From: Eledone cirrhosa
Lineage: Eukaryota
Direction of reading: 5' to 3'
Length of the DNA stretch: 64,000 bases
Assembly: GCA_964016885.1 (NCBI GenBank)
Contig: OZ024743.1
Coordinates: 298,592,001-298,656,000 of the forward strand
How positions within the stretch are numbered: the first letter of the stretch is position 1; every line of letters starts with the position of its first letter. Positions 54,897-64,000 of the stretch are shown here, piece after piece. The translations under genes and the position numbers were made by a program. The notes under the pieces were generated by a model. The model made no database searches, was not told the origin of the DNA, and was given only the letters and a program-made list of their open reading frames with translations.

Positions 54897-54937
<41 letters not shown>

Positions 54938-54984
54938 TATTGAAGTTTGCTTGAAGCATTGTGGAATAATAAGATATATTTTCA

Positions 54985-55290
54985 TTAGGTCGTTTTGGAA
55001 GCCTCAACAATGCAGATGGGTAATTCTCCGGGTAACAAGATCCGGTAGTGAAGAGAGAGATGTAAGTGAATGTAGAATGAGATGTATAGTGCGTAGAAGA
55101 ACGTAGGAAAGAGCGTAAAAAATAAAAATAATAACACGTGTTATTATTTTTATCTGTTACGCTCTTTCCTACGTTCTTCTACGCACTTTACATCTCATTC
55201 TACATTCACTTACATCTCTCTCTTCACTACCGGATCTTGTTACCCGGAGAATTACCCATCTGCATTGTTGAGGCTTCCAAATCGACCTAA
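54985..55290. repeat. ~305-bp near-perfect palindrome with no spacer, centred on CACGTG (55135-55140)
   Basis: Arms are reverse complements with few mismatches; followed by A-run, (CT)n and (TA)n. Confidence 0.93.
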
Positions 55291-55295
55291 AAAAA

Positions 55296-55438
<143 letters not shown>

Positions 55439-56499
55439 TATATAGACATATATACATACACACACATATATATATATATTTAGGTTATGCCAAAATACTC
55501 TCTTAAGGAAGTATAAGTCAGACAGACTAGAAAATGTTAGCCTCAATTATATAAACGTGTCCCTGCTATGGTTTAAAAAACAAGAAAATAAAACAATACC
55601 AGTCATCTCAAATAATTGGTATAACTAATATGTAAAATTGCTTCTCTTTGGCTGAGACTGAATCAATATGTATGAGTTATGTATATATATACATATTAGT
55701 GTAGTCTCAGTTACCCATTCTGTATTTATGCAGATATAACTTTATATATAGATATATAATATGTAGATTCCCGAGTTTTGTCAGGGTAACCACAGTTAAA
55801 AATGGTACTCAATACATTGGTAGAATATACATCTTTATTATATACAGAAATGATTTCTACAGGAGTAGAACTGTTACATTCGTAGGAAATCATCAAGAAT
55901 AATTTCATAATGATGATCTCGTTGGGTCATTCCACGTGAGTATCTTGATCAGTCGATGAAGTTTTCAGCCTATGATCTTTTCAGCCAACCCTCATATAAT
56001 TGTATGAAGTATATATCTGTTTCATGTGTTTGTAATATTCTCAATCCCACAAACTAACTAATTAACCAAGTAGCCGTTTTATGCACATAATTTTACATGT
56101 AGAGAAAAACAAAAAAAAAATATAAATCTTTTAAAGATAAGCTACTTTGCTTTGATTATGTATGTTGTATATTTCAATATAAAAAAATACACTCTGTGCG
56201 AGTGCAGTAAATTTCTTTTGACTAAATGTGTTGTTATATGTAGAAATTGTTTATTTTCAACAGTAATCTCTGTAGGCATTTCATTAATATTAAAGATGAA
56301 TCGAATAAAATATAATGTTTGCCTCTTTGCATCGTAAACAATTGCTTTGAACACTTTGATACTTTGCAGTTTTGATATTTACATTTCGGAAATATAATTT
56401 ATACTAGATAAAGTATTTGAAAACCGACACACTCCAGTTACTTGTGGACACTCGTTGTTTACATCCTATCTTTTGTTTTTTCTTTGTCTGCTCTTGCTT

Positions 56500-57050
56500 C
56501 CTAGGAAGCATTGGACGACGAGATATTTCCATTCCACACGTTCACACGCCCTGTCATGAACCTGCTCCCAGGCCAAGTCAGGCCCATGTCGACCAGGTCT
56601 TTAACCACAGACCTCAAGCAGGACTTGATGGGTCAGCTTTGCTTCCTACGCTACTGGCTCTGGCTTCCATTCGAGGGTGGCCCTCATTGGGCCCTTTGTA
56701 GATATGCGTAGCAGAGGTCAAGCATCGTTCGATGATAAGCGGTGATGACACCCTGTAGATTACTGAGTCGAGCCTTTTGCATGACATCATTTGTGATGTG
56801 GTCGCGCCCAGAAATATTAAATATTGTTCCAAGGTAACGTTTATGGAAGACATCTTCAATTCTATAGATTCTACAGTTCTTTTTCCATATCACAAACATA
56901 AGTCGCCATCAACACAACGATTGACCTATAGAGGCGGAGATGTGTGCCTTGGTTAATGGAGGACTTGGGCCATACAGGCTTCAGCCGCTGAAAGATAGCT
57001 CCAGTTGTGTCTACATTACCATACTTAGCGAGTATACACTGTTTAGGCAT
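56500..57050 (-). pseudogene. RTE-clade LINE 3' fragment
   Basis: FHKRYLGTIFNISGRDHITND resembles the RTE post-RT motif FH.RCLR.IL.I.W.D.ITN. Confidence 0.65.
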
Positions 57051-57309
57051 GCGAAGGTTGCAACTATCTTATCTTCGGAATGTGACCCTCTAGGTGAACT
57101 GGTTGCTGTTATGCCTCCTCTACTAAGTATTATTTTGGTAAATCTTCAGCCTGCTGCTTCGCATTATCGCAGATGTGGTATTCGAGGTGAACTTTGCCTT
57201 TCATCCATTCAAGGTCGATAAAAATAAATAGTCTAGTACTGGGGTAGATTCTTCGTTTATATCTCATTCTCACTTCTCATGTCTCACTTTCTATCCTTCT
57301 CTGGAAAAA

Positions 57310-57550
57310 ATCTGGTGTATTCAGACCCGGAGAGGACTTGGGCTCAACCAGGTTTAAAAATGCCGTAGAAATGACCATGTCATTATGGCACCACAACGAC
57401 TCCTTTGGCAACAAGTCCAGCGATTACTCTTGAGGATAAACATGAGAGTGCAGTTGTATTGATACTTTTACAAAACAGCTAATTACACTGGGTGATGGAA
57501 ATCTACAACAAGATGAAAATGGAGAAGTCAACCTTCCATTGGGAAATGTC
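57310..57550 (+). pseudogene. Helitron Pif1-helicase fragment
   Basis: LWQQVQRLLLRINMRV..FTKQLITLGDG..VNLPLGNV; the last motif matches VNLPFGNV at ~61570-61595 (-). Confidence 0.6.
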
Positions 57551-57554
57551 TAAG

Positions 57555-57670
57555 GAGTCTCAGATCAACGTCGAAGTCAATGTCTGTGAGTCCTCCCTGT
57601 CTCCATTTGAGGCCGGATGTTGGATCATTCATGGACGTCCGTGTGATGAAATTCACCACCAACAAAAACA
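57555..57670 (-). pseudogene. RTE-like RT fragment
   Basis: LLVVNFITR..GLKW..LTDIDFDVDL resembles the RTE motif L.DLDFADDL. Confidence 0.5.
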
Positions 57671-58343
57671 AAAAAAAAAAATGGACAGTACAGATACCTG
57701 ATGCAGCCATATGACGGTATCGAAACCCTCAGTATTTCCATATTTTATTCTGATGCTGCAGTACGCCCTTCGGTAAAATGATTACATGATGAGATAGTTT
57801 GTTAATTCATGTAACATACATTATAAAACAAAATAACAAACAAACAGGCAAAAAAAAAACAAAAAAACAAAACAAAACAAAAAACATCAACAAAACAAAT
57901 CAAAAGAAAAAGGAAAGAAGAAAATAAAAGAAAATATCACATTATTATGATTTTCGAGGCATGAGAACTCCTATCATGCAGATAATGCTATATTAAATTC
58001 CCATACACATGCACATTTAAGAGATACATATTTGGAAATGTGAATCGTTTTATATTTTACCAGTTATCTTATAAACTTCATCTTCTATCAGTTTTCTCAT
58101 AAATAAAATGCATTTATCATAATTAATTTTCCCCAGTAATGCTGGGTAATATTAGTACATACACTCATTTCTATATACACAAACATTTATATAGTGGCAT
58201 ACATTCGTAAATATCTATAACTTTCTCCTATATTTCTGTATGTATAAATATATGTATATTTATTTGCATATATTTATATATAAGGAGATTAACATATACA
58301 TAAGTAAATATATCAATACACATAGATAATATTATATAAATAA

Positions 58344-58406
<63 letters not shown>

Positions 58407-58817
58407 CACCTACACACATACATCTACACACACATATAAACAAATACAAATGCATAAACGCAATTAAATAAAATTCCCCAAGTTATAGCTACAAAGTTAC
58501 ATACATTAGTATACACCCACTCACACACACATAATATACCATTATACATATATATTTTCTTTTAAACACGAATGGTTGTAGCATGATGGCCTCGCAGTTT
58601 TCTGCCACTAACATATAGATGCGCCCTACATGAATATTTATATGCATTGGCTTACGTCACTACTATTACTCTTCAGAAAATCATGTAAACCACTTAATAA
58701 TATTCAAACTCAATATATCTACATTCATTCGTTTGTATTTATGTAATTCAGCAATCTCTCTTTGTATTATTTTATATTCTTTTACCAGTTTCAGCCATAA
58801 GATTGCGGCCATGTTGG

Positions 58818-59010
58818 CAGGGCCGGACATATCGAGGGGTGGGTGGGATGGAGGGTACGAATGCCTGGGCACCCCTTGTCAAACAGGGCCCTCTCTAGGA
58901 AAAATCCTAGGCCCCCCCAAACCTGACCTCCACGGGCATACGGAACCTGAATTGCCCTGGGCCCACAAACCTGAAATGTCCTGATCCCCCAAGGACTGAA
59001 TATGGCTCTA
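58818..59010. mobile_element. Possible old hAT-type MITE
   Basis: Starts CAGGGCCGGA, GC-rich interior, degenerate end ATATGGCTCTA. Confidence 0.35.
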
Positions 59011-59432
59011 CATGCTGGAACACCACATTAAAAGGATGTATTCGATCATAGCGACTCTAGTAATTATTACATCAAATCTAGTATTTATTTTATATTTACT
59101 TATTGAACCGTTAAATTACAGGACATAAACAACTAGCAAATGTATAGACGTGCACGTATACGAGATGGACTTCTACACAGTGTTCGGCTAGGACATTTCA
59201 CTTTCATGGTATTAATCAATCCAAGGTTCCATTGAGTAGCACCGAACTCCAAATCACGTGGCTGCACATATAAGGTTGCATCTGACGAGAGGTCGACGAA
59301 GAGTCGAGCCCTGTCACTTTGATTGTACCGTGAGCTGTTCGATATCAAAACAATTGTAATATGCAAATACATTTTATACATATACTGCAACACTGACGTC
59401 TACTCTTTTAAATCACCCCTCTCTCTCCCCCC

Positions 59433-59472
<40 letters not shown>

Positions 59473-59694
59473 GTGTGTGTGTATGTGTATATATATATAT
59501 ATATATTCCCTTTTTAAATGTCTTTCTACCACTCCCCCACACACCCTCGGAACTTCTTCCTACCCACTGTTCTCCTGATGAAGGATTTATGCCCGAAACG
59601 TTGTCCTTCACCCCCACCCCCACTCTCAAGCGTGAAACTAAAAACCATATGATTTGTACTGCCTCTCTGTTTTTTGTTCTCTGTTCATTTATTA

Positions 59695-60170
<476 letters not shown>

Positions 60171-61844
60171 AACCCCCGAGCTCACGGTAGATCCTTTACT
60201 TCTACTAATATACCAACTCTGCATCTAACCATGTATCGAGTACCTCTTTGATTCGTGGGTTCGGTCATGTCAGTGATGTTGCCGTATTCTCCAGGCATGG
60301 CCGATTGCGGGTTGGTGAGGCTATTTAACGTTGACTTTGAGTTCATCCGCCCTTTTATCAGCCCTTGTTTTTTGTACTGTTGGAGATACACGTACCCTCC
60401 TCACCAGTCCAGAGTCTATTGGAGGAGCCGGTTTAGTCACTGACTATTCGATCATGAAGCAGGTTGTATCGGATTACTTGGTACCAGTAGCAGCCAGAAC
60501 CTGACCTGGCCCTGCGTATTCCGTACAATGGACGATAAAATACCAGAAATACAACAGAATCAATTCATTGGATTATATCTAGATCTAAATATTTTCACTT
60601 GCAGCTAGTCAACAGAAAATTATTTTGTACATCAGTAGGTCAGTCAAACCCAGGCCTGCAGGTATTCCAGCACAGTTTTGACTCGTTTGGTTTTGAATTC
60701 TAATTACAGTGAAATCGAGTCTATAAAACTAATAATATTTCGGAACCAATTCTATTAACTATAATTCACTCTTATATAACACTAGATGAGGTACTCGGCT
60801 TCGCCGAGTGAACAGTTAATAAGAGAAGACAGGTAGAAGAAAAAACGACTGTATAGGATGCGATTTCTGGTTGACAGTATGAGGCGAGATCGCGGTCTGT
60901 GTGTGACAAAAAAAGTAAAAATAAAACTTCCAGATACACCAGATTATTTGTTTTACCGTTCCTGCATAGTATATACAGATTTCTAGATGTTCCCACTCGT
61001 GAACAACCAGCATATAACTCTCCATTGATAAAAACTGATTCTCTCAGATTCAATCCTACAACTTTGAGACTCTGACACTGAGCTTTATTTATGGTCATAA
61101 CAAAACTGGCTCTAACAGGGAACTGAAGTCTTCAGCATTTGAATGGCAGCTCGGTAGAGGAAGGGATAAGTGGAATCTTTGGAATAAATGCATTTTCGCC
61201 TTGATGATTACCTCCTCTAGGAGATGTTTCATCATCCGGCTCATGCGTGTGCCATTGCATAGACGTGGTGGGTCCAGGTGTCTCAAAAGGATGATGGGAG
61301 TTCCAATCTTTAGCGTTAATTTGTGTGGGGGGAGTCCAGGAAGTTCCAGACAATTAAGGAATTCCGCAGGATAATTAACAGCTTCGTCATCCTTTTCAAT
61401 CTTGTGTATGGAGACATATGTAAGAACCTCCCCTGGAATCGTATCCAGTAGGCATTGGTTGATCTGATTTACCAAGTTATTTTTTGGCGTTAAAATTGTT
61501 CGCTCAAACAGCAAGATTTGTGGTAACATTTTGGAATACTTCATCAATTAGTTCATTTGTTGCATTACAGACATTTCCAAATGGAAGGTTGACCGAACAA
61601 GCAAAGATGTGTCACAAAGATGGCGACTTCAAAACGAAAGCTTGGTCGAACAACAGACACGAGAGATAATTTTCAGAAAAATATCGTGTTCAAAACAAAG
61701 GAGTCCAGTTTTAGCGTTTGTTCTTTTTTTGGGGTCACCAGTTTAGTGACACATCTTTGCTTGTTCGGTGTTACTTTTACTTAAGTAATCCATGGTAATA
61801 CCACGTGTGCGGTAGTTGAATAAAAAAACGACGAAGCAATTTCT

Positions 61845-62400
61845 CGTTCAGCGTCCAGTGTCAATTATGAGCAACTCATCGTTACCGGCATTTTCTGGCG
61901 ACGCTAAATTGTTGTTTTCCCAGTTGGATTCATATTTTGCCGCCAACGAGGTTCAAGCGGCACAACAGAAACTACACGTGCTAGTTAGTGGAATTCCCGC
62001 TTCGCTGGCAACCACAGTTTAAGGACATCATTAAAGATCCTCCAAAAGGCATCTCTTACGACTCCTTAAAAGCAGAAGTGATCCGTAGGAATAGTCGGTC
62101 GTCTGAACGTAGTGGATATTCTTACTTTTGACCTGCATTGATCGTTTTTCGCGATAGCCTGAAGCCATCCCCTTAAAGGACATTACCGTCGACACGATAG
62201 CGCGTGCCCTGGTATCAGGGTGGATTGTCCGCCGACCAAAATTACTACAGACCGTGGTAGGCAATTCGAATCAGATCTTTTCTCGGAGTTAACAAAAATT
62301 ATTGGCGCTCAACGCATTTTGACCACATCTTATCATCCTGCTTCAAATGGAATGGTGGAGCGTTTTCACCGCCAATTAAAGACCGCTCTTCGTGACGCCA
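61845..62400 (+). pseudogene. Gypsy-type gag N-terminus fused to integrase fragment
   Basis: FSQLDSYF..SYDSLKAEVIRR, then [39 protein letters not shown]. Confidence 0.82.
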
Positions 62401-62412
62401 CCTAGATGACGT

Positions 62413-63004
62413 TCAATCCCGACACAGTTTAGCCACTTGACGTGTTAACGCGTCAATGGCTCTCAACATGGCATCCTCACGTGGTGAGACAGGCTGGTTT
62501 TTAAAGGCAGAAGAAGCGACGACCGAATCCGCTGAGGTAGGTTCTCTAGAAAATTCCATAATTCGGTCCGCAGAGACAGCAATCTGTTCTAAAGAACTGG
62601 TGTCGACCATATTCACCAATATGGTCTGCACATTGTTTGGCAAACGGTAGAAGAATAGCTTCTTTACGAAGGAATTATCCTCGGTGGTTGAATAGCTAAG
62701 TTCCCGGATTCGCCGTAAAAACTCAGAAGGAGATCTGTCGCCCAAATTTTCATCTAACAAGGAACGAAAACTTATCATGTCGGGGTCACCAGTTTAGTGA
62801 ATTGGCTTATTGGTTTAATCTTCTCCGGAAGATACTGCTGGTAACCAACCACTAATTCAATAAGAAAGAAGATATAGAGAGCTGCTCGTCAGAACGTGGC
62901 CGGCAGGGAATAAGAGAGTGAGAAACATAAGTCTCGTCTATTTATAATGCCTACGGGAAGTAACTCTAATTAATTCTCTTTTTTTTACCCAAGGGGTCGC
63001 TACA
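62413..63004 (-). mobile_element. LTR (62793-63004), tRNA-Trp PBS (62774-62791) and gag fragment
   Basis: Minus strand TGTAGCG..CACTAAA C TGGTGACCCCGACATGAT; gag LGDRSPSEFLRR..LFFYRLP. Confidence 0.8.
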
Positions 63005-63382
63005 TTTATATACACACACACTATATATACAGATACACACACAAAACACATATAGTGTCATAATGTCGTAATGCAGACAGCGAGAGATACAGACAGATAT
63101 TATAAGGGCGCGACGTTATAGCTCTCTAATGCGGTCCCTAGGGCAATGAAAAGTTAAAATATCTTTTGCTCAAAACACTCACACGACCATAGGTATTACA
63201 TGTGTAAAGTTTGAAAAAAATCGGTTGGGTGGTTCTCGAGTTTTAGGGAGTCAGACAGGCAGACAGACATTCTCTGTTTTATATATATATATACTTGATA
63301 TACAAATTAGGCTGCTCAGCCGTTAATATGCATAAGGAAAGTATATACTTTCAGACGTTCAATCATCTGACAAAAAGGTATA

Positions 63383-63423
63383 CGATGCTGACGATAGCTG
63401 ATAAGCTTGAAACTAGTACATCG
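63383..63423 (+). ncRNA. Minimal type I hammerhead ribozyme (homologue of 25230)
   Basis: CGATG CTGACGA T AGCT GATA AGCT T GAAA C TA GTA CATCG. Confidence 0.87.
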
Positions 63424-63664
63424 TTCCTGTGTCAGTGTTGAACAAAAGGGTGACGATGGTTGCCGAGCACTGTACGGCGTAATTCGGGCTGTTTGTTTAC
63501 AAACAAACCGAACATTCTAATAAATGTTCGTTAAACCCATACATACATATATATATGTGTGCATGCATGTATATATATACATACTACTGTGTGTCTGTAC
63601 ACATATATGTATGTACGTATACATACTTGTATGTACGCATACATACTTATATATATATATATAT

Positions 63665-63844
<180 letters not shown>

Positions 63845-64000
63845 GGTAAACATTGATGAAATTCAATTCGAGAACTCAACGTGCATTTTTCCAGCAGAGG
63901 TCAGACGAGCTTTTGCTTCCAGAGTCAGGCCAGATCGATACAGATCGAACCTTGAGCTGATCAATAGCGAAACTTGCGTCAATAAACGTAATGAGGGCTT

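Larger units (their letters stand above)
51928..54897 (-). mobile_element. Penelope-like element (Naiad-like), frameshifted, with inverted pLTR at 5' end
   Basis: ORF pieces 53415-54293 (KNIPVP..KRLRWRA), 52657-53589 (QFDINNYYSSI, MGASDSAEV, YRDY), 52166-52711 (CNC..CPL, VYKC..YIGLT, CDLC); 51928-52285 is inverted at ~54430-54796, and 54340-54428 is inverted at 54803-54897. Confidence 0.92.
60782..63292 (-). mobile_element. Helitron remnant (Pif1 helicase fragments, 3' hairpin + CTAG) containing nested LTR pieces
   Basis: 61095-61547 ILTPKN..PPHKLTLKIGTPIILLR.LDPPRLCNGTR; 60772-61098 MTINKAQCQSL..GELY..SRV; hairpin ACTCGGC GAA GCCGAGT 7 nt before CTAG|T; 5' part with (GTCT)n near 63255-63290. 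Confidence 0.85.

Noticed and set aside
59571-59606. Hammerhead-like CTGATGAAGGATTTATGCCCGAAACGTT
   Set aside because: Core and AACGTT palindrome are present but stem I does not pair; probably a decayed copy, so not counted.
60182-60530. Coding-looking stretch
   Set aside because: No motif recognised; short ORFs only.

Overview
Eukaryotic (animal), AT-rich, gene-free window made almost entirely of repeats. The SINE types and the dense (TA)n/(CA)n tracts resemble an octopus/coleoid genome, which is inference only. 1-12650 is a 33-bp satellite with higher-order duplications. It is followed by a 5'-truncated and a near full-length L1/Tx1-clade LINE, both ending in (TATC)n. The rest holds CR1/L2-like, RTE, Tc1/mariner, Helitron and Gypsy-type LTR remnants, tRNA-derived SINEs, three decayed Penelope-like elements (PLEs) with RT + GIY-YIG, and many fold-back (inverted) fragments. 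The main signal missing from the ORF track is 15 type I hammerhead ribozyme (HHR) motifs, from about seven repeat families, between 25 and 63.5 kb. They include a ~320-bp non-coding HHR element with fixed ends in (TA)n, amplified as ~960-bp head-to-tail units, and a 1.7-kb fold-back element carrying two copies of an unrecognised structured motif. No host protein-coding gene could be supported. All folds were read by eye and coordinates are approximate to a few bases.
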